From: Psammoneis japonica
Lineage: Eukaryota
Direction of reading: 5' to 3'
NCBI GenBank assembly: GCA_008632985.1
Contig: QPGO01000006.1
Location: forward strand, 248,001 to 312,000
DNA: 64,000 bases
Under the pieces are notes generated by a model that did no database searches, was not told the DNA's origin, and was given only the letters and a program-made list of their open reading frames with translations. The translations under genes were made by a program, and so were the position numbers. This document shows, in pieces, positions 48,100 through 60,400 of the stretch (positions are counted from its first letter, which is position 1; every line of letters starts with the position of its first letter).

Positions 48100-49714
48100 A
48101 TGAAGCTGCTCTCACCCTCCGTTCAGCTTCTTGCTGCTACCATCTTTGTATGGAGCAATGAAGCTGCAGCTGAAAACACCATTACCATTCGTCCATCACG
48201 TGAGTTGCAGGGTGGCACTCTGGGTGGATCTCGAGAGACTGACGTGGATATTAATCCGGATTTTCAAAACATTCCCTCTCTCACACTTGAGGGTACCAAC
48301 GGAGGCGAAACCGTGGTTTACCTCAAGAAAACACCCGGTGGGTCTGCTGACGGCACCATTTGGCATGGGGAAATAGAAGAAGGAGACCAAATAGGCGATG
48401 CTACGATACTTCAGGACGACCAAGGCGGTGTAGCTGCATCTTTTAGTGACAACAACGGCATCTATCAGATGAACACTCTACCAGATGGGTCAGTCGTGAC
48501 CGAATTTGTATCCTACGATGACCTTCAAGATGATGTTGGCGAAGAGTTTGAAGAGGAAAGACACGAAGCTGAGCGTCATTTCGAAGCGCAAGGACAGACT
48601 CTCGGAGGAAGTGAAAGGATGCTATCGTCGGTAAGGAAGCAACTCCGTGGTGCCTTCAAGGTGAATGAAAACGATCCCGAAGACTTTTCTCCACTGGTTG
48701 ATGAGGATCAAGTTCGCAAACTGGGTGATGACCGAGAAGTTCACGTGCTCGTCCTCTACAGCTGGGATGCCATGTGCGGAGAGAGCGGTGGTAGCTGTGA
48801 GAAGGGTCCTATTGAAAGGCGCATCAAGTTGGCTGAGGAAGAGACAAATGGAGCCTATAAAGCGTCGGGTATGAAAACAACAATTAAAGTTGTTCATACG
48901 GTGCTTCTCGACAACGATTTTGACGAGTTGGGTGGTGACTTTCGAAAAATGCTCTCTGCTCTTGGACGTGCTAAAGAAGGCCTTGAAGATGTTCCCCAAA
49001 TGCGAAATGACTATGGCGCTGACCTCGTTACCTTGATTGCGAACAAGGGTGGTTATTGTGGGTATGGAAACATCCGAGGCCCGTATTCCGTTACGAAACG
49101 AAACTGCATGACTGGATACTATAGCTTTGGCCATGAGATTGGTAAGTCACGGTGTGGTCATTTTCTACGAGCTTGATGAATAAAGATGAGATGCTCAATC
49201 GTTCTCGTTGTTCCTCTCCATGTTACCTAAAACAGCACATAACTTTGGATGCTTTCACAATAGAGGCAGCTCAAATCGGCAGCACGAGTTCGCCCATGGC
49301 TACCAGGATGAAAGCGGAGATTTTCGTTCCGTCATGGCGTACGATTGTCCAACTCGGCGGTGTCCACGAGTCCCAATGTACTCCAATCCCAACAAAAAGT
49401 ACAGAGGAAAAAAGATTGGCGACCGCGACAACAATTGTGCTCGTCAAATAGACGACTTTTCGATAACAGCTGCAGGCTGGAAGGACCCATCGACTTCAAC
49501 ATCGACACCAGCACCGACGCCACCGCCTACTCCAGCACCGACTCCAGCACCGACAACCTGTACAGACTTCCCCAACTGGCATGATGCAGACGGGCATTTG
49601 TACAACTGTGCTTGGTACGCGTCGAGATCAATTTATTGTGGCTTATACGGTCATCGATTTCGCGGCGTAGGGGACTTGGTTGCAAATGAGGCGTGCTGCG
49701 TCTGTAAAGTGTGA
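48100..49714 (+). CDS. Secreted metzincin peptidase, copy 3, with a Pro/Thr linker and a C-terminal Cys domain; intron 49142-49235
   Basis: HEI|AHNFGCFH, FRSVMA, a TPAP linker and CTD...NCAWY...ANEACCVC. Confidence 0.85.
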
Positions 49715-50209
49715 AGACCTTATACCTGGTTGGCATGAACCGTAGCCATTACACACTGCGCCGCGTTGTGGAGGTGGAAAATGCACCTTCGCTGTAGAGA
49801 ACGCATTGGTTGCCGGACCATTCTTCTAGCCTCGCCGGTACCATTCAAAAGTTAGTGATATATAATAGATAATTGTTAGGAGAACTCATTTTTTGAAGTT
49901 TGTTTAGACAGATGAGTATTGACGCATAATACGCATGACTTGTGCATAGAGCTCGCTTCACTTAGCTGGCGTTTACAACTTGTAATTCCTAGTCTAAAAT
50001 CAAACTTGGAGGAACCTTGTAGTCTAGCGTCATTTCAGCACGCACTGCACTAGTCTAGATCTACTCTGCTGAGGACAAACTACCGCCAGTAGCTTGTTGA
50101 ATCAATCTACATACTGGCACCAGGTAGCGTTTTAAAAGTTGTTCTGCGCTAAGCAAAGCAATGCGGCAAGATCCGTACAGTACTTGTACTCTGGGAGAAA
50201 CATTCGAAA

Positions 50210-50302
50210 GCTCGCACCTACTCTTTATGCTGACGAATCCTAAAAGTCTACCTAGTATGATGCTCGCACCTACTCTTCATATTGACGAATCCTAGAAGTC
50301 TA
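50210..50302 (+). repeat. Direct repeat (about 41 bp x2, 52-bp period)
   Basis: GCTCGCACCTACTCTTYATRYTGACGAATCCTARAAGTCTA occurs twice. Confidence 0.8.
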
Positions 50303-50575
50303 GTGTTGATTCTTCCAACAGAGGCCGTGCAACTCTCTCTCATGAGAGATTCTCGCACTCGAGTTTGTAGTATTCTCTAGAATAAAAAAACAAAAAGATC
50401 CAAACTAAACACCGAAGAGGACACTCACAACAACAAAACCCAACCCCTATATCAGATTCTATCTATAAAAAATGTAGCAAAAAGTGATACCAAGGCCAAG
50501 TCCCAATTCTGTTTCTTTTTCGTTTCTCCTCCATGATTCTTAATGCTTTTTGAAAAAGCACGTAAATACCAACAA

Positions 50576-50989
50576 TTAGAGTCCACCACCACGTCCGAAC
50601 CCTCCTTCGCGGGAACGGTATTCACGATCTCCACCACGAAAGGCGGGAGGACGGTCTCCTCCCATTTTATCCTCTTCACGATCACGGGCTTCGGGACGTC
50701 CGGCAGCCTTCTTGTGCGTCGCGGGGACAATCTCTTCGGGAAGAGCCAAGTAATGACGCAGGTATTCGATACCCTCGGCCGTCAAGTAGCAGTAATTGTA
50801 CTGCCAGTTAAAGGTAATACGGACATAACCGCGACTCTCGAGGGACTTCATCAGCATCATGACTTCGAGGTTGGAAGGTCCTTCAATCTGAGGGTGAGTC
50901 GGGGAAACCGTGTCCTTCTTCACGACGCAGACGCCCTCCTTGAAGAGGTACGAAAAGACAGCAATGCGATTGGCCTTGGGGATAAACAT
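50576..50989 (-). CDS. RPS10: 40S ribosomal protein eS10
   Basis: MFIPKANR..YLFKEGV..NLEVMMLMKSLESRGYV..FNWQY..LTAEGIEYLR..EIVPAT, plus an RGG tail. Confidence 0.95.
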   Translation of the reverse strand: MFIPKANRIAVFSYLFKEGVCVVKKDTVSPTHPQIEGPSNLEVMMLMKSLESRGYVRITFNWQYNYCYLTAEGIEYLRHYLALPEEIVPATHKKAAGRPEARDREEDKMGGDRPPAFRGGDREYRSREGGFGRGGGL

Positions 50990-51377
50990 GGTGTCAAGGT
51001 GATGTATATCGTATTTTCAAACAAACACGAAAAGCATGCAACAAAAAGTGAGAGCCACAGCGCAACGAAGTGCTGGAACTGGCGCACCGCACAAGTTTCT
51101 GCCGTAGACCGTCGTACTGAAGGTACGTGACGGGAAAGTAAGCGGTAACTCCACTTCCGGGTTCGCAATCACTGATTCATTCGATCAACCCACTATTCAA
51201 GCTTTGAGTTATTGAGCCCGCGCTTCTTGGTTCTGAAGAAAAACTGCCACCTTCTGGTAAGGTATGGTACATTCTGAATTGTCTCCAGCAAAAATAGGTA
51301 TCCGTATCGAATTTTTTTGCGGCCCATGCATCTCTACTCACTTGTAATGTAGTTTCTAACTAGCCTACTCGTTCTTT

Positions 51378-53412
51378 TCATCTTTCCATTTTCTCTAGTT
51401 CTTCCAAATGAATCTGATACCTATCCGCATTGGACATTACGTAATGTGCCACTGTTCGCTTATTGGTTTCGTCAGGAGGACTGTCACCTTCCTCTAGTAC
51501 GCCCTCAAATTTTTCCTCGCTTCGACAAGACACATTACAAGCACGAGCCAACAATCCCGTGGCGGCGTCTTCCCATGGCAGATAGTCAAGGTCCGCCATT
51601 TTGGATACGGCACATGTGACCACGTCTCGTGACAGCGCGTATCCGCATCCGCTCGCATAGGGTGGAAAACTGCGTTGTGGATACAAACGCCTAGAGGTAA
51701 ACCATGAATAGGACGTGTCACGTTTGACAAGTCGCGCCTTTTCCGACATGCATTTGCCCCAATATCAGGTTTGTGTTTGGAAAGAATGCGAGAAATCTCT
51801 TGCACACCAATGTACGAATCGTCGTCCGTTTTGAAAACATAATCATAGTCATCGTCGTCGTGCTGCAATATGGTATCGACTGCTTGGAAAAAGATTTGAG
51901 TCTTGAATGTCAGCAAGAGATAGTCTTCCATCATGTCGATCCATAGCAAGTCACCGTATTCATAAAACTCATCCTTGATTTCCTCCCAGAGACCACTCAC
52001 GATAAACAACACAACATGGTGGTCTGTGGTGGCTGCCCATGTGTTGCGAATCGAGTGTCGGGTATTGGGTGTCGCTGCATTCGATAAGACTCCAAAGATA
52101 ATTTTCAAATTATCTGAATTATGTTGTTGTTTGGTTTCTCTTTATCCAAGTGGGATACCGATAGGTGAATGTCTTGGAGGAAACAACTGCCCGACCTTGT
52201 CCATTTCGATAGCTTCATGTGGCTCTGCAGTCATGTGCTTTTCAACAGTCATGGCTTCCCTGATGAGAGACTGGACAAACAAGGAATGGGGATGATCCGG
52301 AAAGACAATCGACTGAGCCACGGCCAAGTTTTGCAACTTGCGCTCCAAATCCTTCTTGGAATAATACTTATTGAGGTTGGATATCGCCTTTGTGGGTCCT
52401 TGACAAAGTCGTCATGCTTGATGAGATCGAAAATCCTCCATGTTTAGGCTCGATGGAAAGGGACCAAAGGAGTCTTGGTAGAACGAGTTGTCGTCCACAA
52501 TGACGGGAATGCATCCTGCACGAATGGCATACAAGAGCGGATTTGAATGCGGTGGGTCACCGGAAAGAAACAAGCAAAACTTGGACGACAGCAAGCGCCG
52601 TTGCCATTCTTTGGGTGGCAAGTTGTTTTCCAAACTTATTGGTTCGAGACGGATCTTTCTGTCCAGCTCGGGTAAAGACGGCAGAGTGAAGGGTTCGTCC
52701 GGAATACTCGTGTTTCTGTGATAAAACAAAACGTACTTGGAGTTGTTGTACTTCTCCAGAGTTGGTTCTTGTATATCAAAGGGCGCGTCCATACCTAGAC
52801 CTGTAGAAAAGCCCTTGGTTATTGGTCTCATATCGCCCAATAGGCTGGGGTCAAATAGCTCGCTACAGTCACATTGGCGAGAAGTTTGTAATGCCTCGCA
52901 AGCGCAGGAACGTAGCTTGCGTACTTTGAATTGAAAAAATACGATCCATGCGAAAGCAACACATGATTGCTTCCATGCGTCTTTTGAAACAGTTGGTGAT
53001 GTCGTAGAGTGTCAAAGGACTTGTCGTACGAAGTGCACGTTTCGTCCTGACAGTCATAGGCAAACAATTCAGAAATCAGAGTCGGAACAATGTAGAGCTC
53101 CGCCTCGTTGGGATCTCGTGTGCGGAGCGGATGCTTTTCGAGCGCCTCCATCATGATGCGCTCCGCCTCGGCGTTTCTTAGAATATGATCCAAGTGAGAA
53201 CAGGTTCGTGAGAGTTCAGCGTCTCTGCGGAGTCTCTTGAGGGAAATCGTGAGCTCGTGGGAAATTTCGTATTCATCGTAAATGTAAAAGCGCGTGTTGA
53301 CGTTCTTGAGATCATCAATTGATATAGCTCCATAACAGTAAATATGGCATAGAATGAGCAACGCTGTCGTTAAAAAGAAGAGTCTGTGCCGCCGTCGTTG
53401 AAACATCGTCAT
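51378..53412 (-). CDS. Probable exostosin (GT47) plus beta-1,3-galactosyltransferase (GT31) fusion glycosyltransferase, with several apparent frameshifts
   Basis: TM anchor. GT47 motifs: FYIYD, RTRDPNEAELYIVP, SKFCLFLSGD..YAIRAGCIPVIV. GT31 motifs: RHSIRNTW, EDY..LTFKT, FKTDDDSYI, PPYASGCGYALS, EDAATG. Confidence 0.65.
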
Positions 53413-53614
53413 GGTCGATCCTGTTTTGTGCTCCTCTAACTTATGTGTTTTGGCCTTTTGTGCTTTTAACTGTCCGTCCTTCAGCCGGCGATGGACTAAT
53501 TTGTATTGCCCTTTGTGGCGACAGGCGCGCGCCCGCCCTTGCCAAAATTCCAAAAAAACGATGCGAATCATCCAAAACATCACCCATCCACATCACACAA
53601 CAGACGTATCAGTA

Positions 53615-54604
53615 ATGACATCAAGGTCACTGCTACGCACTCATGATTTCGTTTCCTACATATGCACTTTATGCTTATGCCATATTCCCTTTTGTAGCTG
53701 GAGTGTAGCGTTTCTCTATTCGAAACGCTACAAAATATGCCCACTGATCAAGTGCGTTCGACCCTTGGCAAAATGCCTCAAACAAGACGCCTGCATGGTA
53801 GTTCTCGAGTGTCTCACCGAGTGCGACAAGGAACATTCCGAGGCCAGATTACAAGCGCAACGTGATTTTTCACATGTTTTCTTTCCAAACGATCCGTCGC
53901 TGTGTCGGTACCAGTGTTTTGATCAAATCACAACCATGACGGCCGAATACTTTTTGAATTGCGTGGGGGGTTCGGGTTGTCTCGAGCCATCGCCACCCGA
54001 ATTTGCAATTCCGCCTGCACCAAACAACATTACTAATGTGCTTCCCTTTGACACTATTGAATCGGTACTTGCGGGAAAATGGATGAAACTGTATACCAGT
54101 GGTTGGGACATTTGGCCTTGCCAAAAGAGTCAATTTCATCCGCCCCACTCGAGCGAACCGCTTCCGGAAGCGTACATGCAGTCATGGCCACACGAGCCAA
54201 ATGTTTGGCGCATGGATTTGCGATGGAAACTACATCAAGATAGCAATTATACCTTTCACATGTCGAACGAATTCTATCCTGGCCGACAATGGGAGGGCTT
54301 TGCGGGTCAACCACAAGACGCGATCGCGACACTCAAGACACGAGCCGTTATGTGGGGAACCGAGGCGCATGAGAATTGGTATCTGCTGGATTACAATGCC
54401 GATTTGCAAACGATGTTGGTGTATTATTCTGCTTTCACAGAGGCGGTTCAAAAGATGGACAATATTGTCATGGTGTTGCGAAAAGAAGGCAGCGGTCCCT
54501 TTACCAAGGAAATGGCAGCAACTATTGAACAAACGGCTCGAAACGCGCTGGGAGACAGATTTGGTAAATTATATCGCATCAAGGACTGTAATCAAACTAG
54601 CTAA
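53615..54604 (+). CDS. Violaxanthin de-epoxidase-like/related protein (Cys-rich plus lipocalin domains)
   Basis: C..KC...LAKCL....C....CL..C...C..QC..FLNCV....CL, followed by GKW and WDIWPCQ, and ENWYLL. This is the VDE-family architecture. Confidence 0.6.
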   Translation: MTSRSLLRTHDFVSYICTLCLCHIPFCSWSVAFLYSKRYKICPLIKCVRPLAKCLKQDACMVVLECLTECDKEHSEARLQAQRDFSHVFFPNDPSLCRYQCFDQITTMTAEYFLNCVGGSGCLEPSPPEFAIPPAPNNITNVLPFDTIESVLAGKWMKLYTSGWDIWPCQKSQFHPPHSSEPLPEAYMQSWPHEPNVWRMDLRWKLHQDSNYTFHMSNEFYPGRQWEGFAGQPQDAIATLKTRAVMWGTEAHENWYLLDYNADLQTMLVYYSAFTEAVQKMDNIVMVLRKEGSGPFTKEMAATIEQTARNALGDRFGKLYRIKDCNQTS

Positions 54605-54723
54605 CTCTTTTTTCTTGTTCTTTTCATTATGGAGGCGCGAATAGTACGAGCTCTTGTGTGAGACTGTTTTGTAGCAACGATAGGCTTACATTGCAAAATC
54701 GTGTGCTCCACTTCTCATCAGCC

Positions 54724-54804
54724 GCCCTCAAGGTTTGAACTGAATTCTTGTTTACCCTAGTGCTTTGATTACTCCCCTCAAGGTTTGAACTGAATTCTTG
54801 TTTA
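54724..54804 (+). repeat. Direct repeat (31 bp x2, 50-bp period)
   Basis: CCCCTCAAGGTTTGAACTGAATTCTTGTTTA occurs twice. Confidence 0.85.
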
Positions 54805-55738
54805 CGGTAATGTTGTGATTACTCCACAGCGCTGGCCGGTGGTTGGCTATCAGAATAGGAACGCAAAGGCAGTCTGTGTACTGTCCTCCCTCTTTGAAGC
54901 TCCTTAGCTTCTTCGCAATGGCGGCAAACAGCAAGGCGTGTACGGCTTGCTTGGGAGTTCTCCACGACAGTGGCAGGTACAGGCGATGTCCTCTCTGTAT
55001 ACCAAAGCGAGCAACACAACGCACATTAATGTCGAAGCTAAGGCAACTTGATGCGAGCGGCTCGGTCGCTGTTGTTGCGGAGGTCGATTGGAATCACTAG
55101 GAGCAAGACGTTTGGAAGATTGCTTTGAGTTTTCGGATGGACGTTTAATGGTGGTGCATGATGGTGGTGCAAAAAAAAAAAAAAAGGTGTCTATGGCGAA
55201 ATATGCTCAGACCAGAATACGTGCGTTTGTACGACCAGTTTATTGCTCTTCTCGGCACCAGGCGGCGCGATGTCGGCATGACACCCCTTCAAGTCACAAT
55301 GGATATTCTATACAAAGCAGCAAGAAAAGTGACATGGACGGTTACTTAAAATTTGCTCTGTTGTAACCGAAGGCACTGGTTGAGGTTTTTGCAGCGGGAC
55401 TCAAAGAGTGCATCGTGTTGGATTATAACGTGTGGTCTGTTTTTTCAACTTTGCGGCGTTGGATGAACACATGCTAGAGTGATGAAACTATGGTCCTCCA
55501 GAGGTGGAAAGCCATGCCTGCGAACTCTCTAGATACTAAGGATGCCTACTTTTTGTGTCGCGACCATCTCTACTTCAATTCAAGGACGAGATAAGAAAAC
55601 GTCAGACCTTAGATAGTTAAAACAGACAATTACAGGTATTCGATGATGCTATGAGTGTGGAGAGAAAAATGACTGCACCGCATGGGGATGTGAACCCCAG
55701 ACGGCTCCATTGCTCGTTGCATCATCGAGCTGAAGAGA

Positions 55739-56904
55739 CTAAGACGACGAGCTTCCGGAACCATTGCCACTGTGGGAACTCCCGCCGCTGCTGCTGTCGG
55801 AACTACCACCTCCGCCGTTGTCAGAACTGCTGCTCCCTCCGTTTTTCTTGTCGCCGTTTTTCTTCCCACATTTTTTGCGACTGGTAGTGTAGAGCGTAAC
55901 CTTGCGGCCGTTAAGATCCTGGACGGGGCGACTCGTGCTTCCTGTCTTGGATGCGGCAGTTCCTAACTCGCAAGTCTCCTCGTCAATGTATCCCAACACC
56001 AGATCAGTAAGTCTCCTGTACTGATTGACGGAGATCAAAAGAGGTTTGTCGGAAACGCTCCAGAATACGTTCTCCGTGCAAGGTGGAGTCGTAAGACCCC
56101 CCTCATAGAAGAAGAATGAGGAGTCATCAGGGACGAAGTCGTACACGTTGAACTCGTCGCCTCGGTGATTGAGTTCGCGTTCGCCAGGTTCTGAATTCTT
56201 CTTTTCTCCAAGGAGTTGGCGTCCCTTCAATTTACACTCCTTCTTCGTCTTCAGGGCGTCCAACTCTAATTTCAGAAGAAACTTCTCGAACAATTCATTT
56301 GTTTCCGGATTACCTGACTTAACGAAAAGTCCCACCACGGCGAGCATACCATCATCAAACTTTCCTGGCACCCTCTCATGGACAATATGCATCTCCCCTC
56401 CGAATTGCTCCCCATCAAGGGTGTGCTCTGAGCTGAGATGGACGTGAACCTGAGCGGGCGTGAATCTACCCCAAATTCCGGGTATTTTCAACCTGTCACC
56501 ACAGTCCTCTTCATACTCGCCCTCGATGACGTGATTATTGGTAAAGAAATCCAGGTCTTCCAAGGTACAATGGCCATTCTGAACAGAGGAAAAATGAACA
56601 AGATGATCATGTGAGTAGAACTGGGTTTGGCTGTTGTCGTGTTTGAGAGCCAAAACATCACTAGTCGTACCTGGAATTTGTACTTTCCACGCTTCTTCAC
56701 AACGCTACACGTATCGATCGCGATCGGACTGTTCTTCTTGCCATCACAAACATCCCCGTCAATGCACAGGTTGGCCCAATTGTCAGGTCCTAAAGGTTCC
56801 GAGGGGTCGTACCTGTAGTCAGCGCAAGGACGACCAGCACCAAGGATGCGAAGAGGAAATGCAGCAGCCAACAAACCTGCAAGTGAAAGACGACAGAAAT
56901 GCAT
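55739..56904 (-). CDS. Secreted alpha-carbonic anhydrase; intron 56579-56670
   Basis: Signal peptide, GPDNW, NSPIAI, QVHVH..SEHTLDG...[18 protein letters not shown] and RPVQDLNGR, with a Gly/Ser tail. Confidence 0.92.
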
Positions 56905-57481
56905 CCTGACTTTTATCGTTTTACTTTTTTGTGCGCTTCGAAACCGAAATGTGATGACAGTCGGCTTTGCAGGAATATCACCGATTCTGGTTATGTTGAA
57001 GGAAGACCGTTGCCATTCTCGATTTTGTTTATCTATAGCCCTTTAAAACCATAGTATGGAGAGATAATTGTCTTACGAATGTGTCGCAGTGAGTCTTCGG
57101 CTGAATTTACTTATTGTAATGTCCACATTGAATTTTCCCCTCTGGAAACAAGGCATTTTAACATTTATGCCTTGCAAACACTACTTAACCGCAATAGTTG
57201 CAATAGCTTATCAATGTCATTTTTGCAAAACAATGTTTAACGAAAGGCTACGGGCCTCTTAACCGTACGGTGGAAAGGTACGACCCATTGCCCATTACAT
57301 TCTCGTTGATCTGTGTTGGTTGCGCGATGACATGCCCGCCCGGGGTGGACTGACAAAAAATGTCAAAATGAAAAAAGAGAATCCGCATCACAAGTGTTTT
57401 GTACCATGGCGACTTGCACTGACAATGCAGCTGATCCACTCCCGCAGAGGAGTGGTGTTGACATTTTTTTCACGTGGTCTA

Positions 57482-60400
57482 GCTTGCATTGCCAGCTGTG
57501 ACCTGCAACTTCACTTCCCCGCTGGGCCTGGAGAGAGTGTTGACATCCGCCCATCTGTTTGTGGCTGCGTCACGACTGACAACATGTGGGCATGTGTGAA
57601 AGCTGAGCAAGGGCCCAAAGCAAGAAGATCATCATGGGCTGGTGGGCTCAAAGCCAACGATGTGGATTGCCCTTTGTGCGGTGCTGCGGGTGACTGACAG
57701 ATGCTCTGTTGTCACACAGCTTCAAAAAAAAAAGCTCTGCAGCAAGATTTTTTCAGAGAGCCACCCTGTCACACAGACTTTGTGCGTGCCATCACAGCCA
57801 GCACAGCCTCCATGACAGATGCCTGGCAGGAATCCAAAAATGTGCAGAAGCTGAAAACCCAAATGCTCAGAGGATGGCACACTCATTGCAGCAGCTCTCA
57901 ATCTGCACTTCAACGCACTCCTCTCACCTGGCTGCAGGAGCACTGGGCTTTTGCAGTCAGGCCATCTTTTCCAGCCTCACGGAGAAGCAGAGTCAAGCCA
58001 CTGTGTGCAAGGGTCAGCTTGGCTGTGCTGTGTGAATGACTCCAGCTGTTGCAAAAAAACTCAAACCCAATTTTAAGTGCTGTTGCACCTTTTTGCCCAG
58101 CAACACTGGCACCGGCTGACCCACACTTCCAGTGCACCCTGCAAGGGGTGCGGAAGAAGTTCATGCAATCAGCCGGTTGACACATTGCTTTGCAGCAATG
58201 CACACTGGAGACAACATGCCAAGGAGAAATTGCACAAGAATGAGGCCATTGCTTTCTTTTGGAGAAGATTTAAAGCACCAAAACTGCTGCATGCAAGCCA
58301 CAAGGTGTTGATGCCAGTCATTTTCCACTGAAATTGTCTCACATCACAGTGAAATGAGGGTGTGCCAACAGCAGAAGGGGCCAAAAGGGTGTGGGGTCCC
58401 AGCAAAACACCATCTGAAAAGGGCAACATCAGCATGAGATCGCATGCAGAAACACATGCAGGGGCTGTGAGTGGGTGGCTGATGTCAGGAAGTGACTCCA
58501 GCTGTCAGAGCTTCAGCTTGGGACAATCAACTCCCAAGCCAATTGCTCCATGATTGTCCATCAGATGCACAAAGTCCTGTTTGCTGGTGTGTGCTGAAGA
58601 GAGCACAAAACATGAGACCAAGGAGAACAAAGACCATGCACTGGGTGCATTTGCTGGTCTGGTGGAAATGAATCTAGAGTGTGATGAGCATGACACACAC
58701 ATCAAGAAAAGACACTTGAGAGCTTCTTGTTCAAAAGCTTTGTCCAGCAAAAGTTGTCAATGAGGCAGGCTTCAGAGGCTGCTTGATGCTGGGGCTGCAG
58801 AGCCCAACTCATGCAGCACACAAGCCACAAGCAAATCCACCAAAACACGTTCAGCCAGTGGAAATGGTGCAGAAGCACAAGTTGTTGCACTTTGCTTGGG
58901 GCAACAGTCTTGCTGGCTTTCTTGAGGTCCAACAGGACAGCGCTCTGGTTGTTGGCAGCACACAATGTCTGGGAGAGTAAAATTCTTGCTTGCACCATTT
59001 TCTCATGGTGCAAGAAATCCTGCACACCTGCATTGCTGAATTTCCTGCACCCTCAGTTCTGGATTTTCTGTCCAGCAACACAGGCTCCCCATGCACATTT
59101 GCAGGAATTCCTGCACACAATGTGAGTTGTCCTTCTTGGCCAACCACACAGACAAAAGATCCAAGGATTGGGAGGGTTGCAGGGTGCAGGTTTGCTTTGG
59201 CTCACAAGCACTTTCACCCAGCGTGCCTCCTGAGTGGATGGATCCACATGTCTTGTTGCCTCCTTCTGTCCATCTCAAGTGCTGTCTTGCTCCACCCATC
59301 TCATTGCCTCCATCCATCCACCCTTCCATCTAAAAGCCAACTTCTGCTGACAGGCAAAAAGAGCCATCACATGTGGTGCAACCACCGCTGCACTGCAAGC
59401 CAGTGCAAGCAATGTGCTGCAGTTTAGAGAGTTCAACTCAAATCAGGTGGCACTTGTTTTGAGTGTGCAAAACACTCTTGTTCTTGTGCAACCCCATCCG
59501 CTGACTGTGTCATGGCTTCAGCAGCTTGAGGAGGGGGCTTCTCTGTTGCTCATGCCATCCTTGGCTTCAGCGCACAATTTGCCAGTGCCCCACACCACTT
59601 GTCCCATTGCACCATTTTCACCTCTTTTGCAACAAAAGAGTGGTGCTCACATCATTTCTGCCTGAAGCAGTGCTCTTCAGTTTCTGGGTGCTTCTCTCAA
59701 TCTGTCTTGACTTTCTTGAAGAGCACAACTTGCTGAAGCAAGTGAAGTCATCATGGCGCCTTTCACAACTTCCCATTGAAGGTGTGCTTCCATGGGTCAA
59801 TGGTCTGGAATTTCTTCTTTGGCCTTTCCACATTCTTTGGTGGTGCCCTCTCTCATTCTGCAGCAGTGCTCTTTGTCAAGTGCTTTCTGGCATTGAGCAG
59901 GTGAAAGCTTCAGTGCTTGGCATCATCCACACAGACAGCATCTCATGTTCTCAAGGCTGCTCAAGCTCTCAGCAAGATCCCCTCTTTTTGTCATTTTGGT
60001 TGTAAACACAAGGTGAGGGGCTGGCTGCATCAACCTCATCTGCAAAGTGTTTGACAATGGCATGCTGCAGTTTCCATGCTTGTCCCTGGCACCCCCACCC
60101 TCACTCTTTCCATTGTGTTTGTCTCTTTCCAGCCAGCATCTTGCTGACTCTGCCTCCTTGTTGCCTTGTTCTCCACCAAGTCTCATTGCGGGGCTGCACA
60201 AAAACTCTTTTCTACAACTTTGGCCCACACTCCAGTTCTGTGTCTTTCACAATGAACATTTTGTGCAGGAAAATTTCTCTGGCAACATCACACTTGGTGA
60301 TCTGTTGCTGAGCAAACCTTGCCTGCATTGCATCAAAAGAATGTCAATGAGTTGCACAGCAGGTTTCAGCATGACAATGTCACTCTGCACTGCCAACAGT

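Noticed and set aside
54819..55366. Short ORFs with CxxC motifs
   Set aside because: Fragmentary, with no recognisable family or convincing gene structure.
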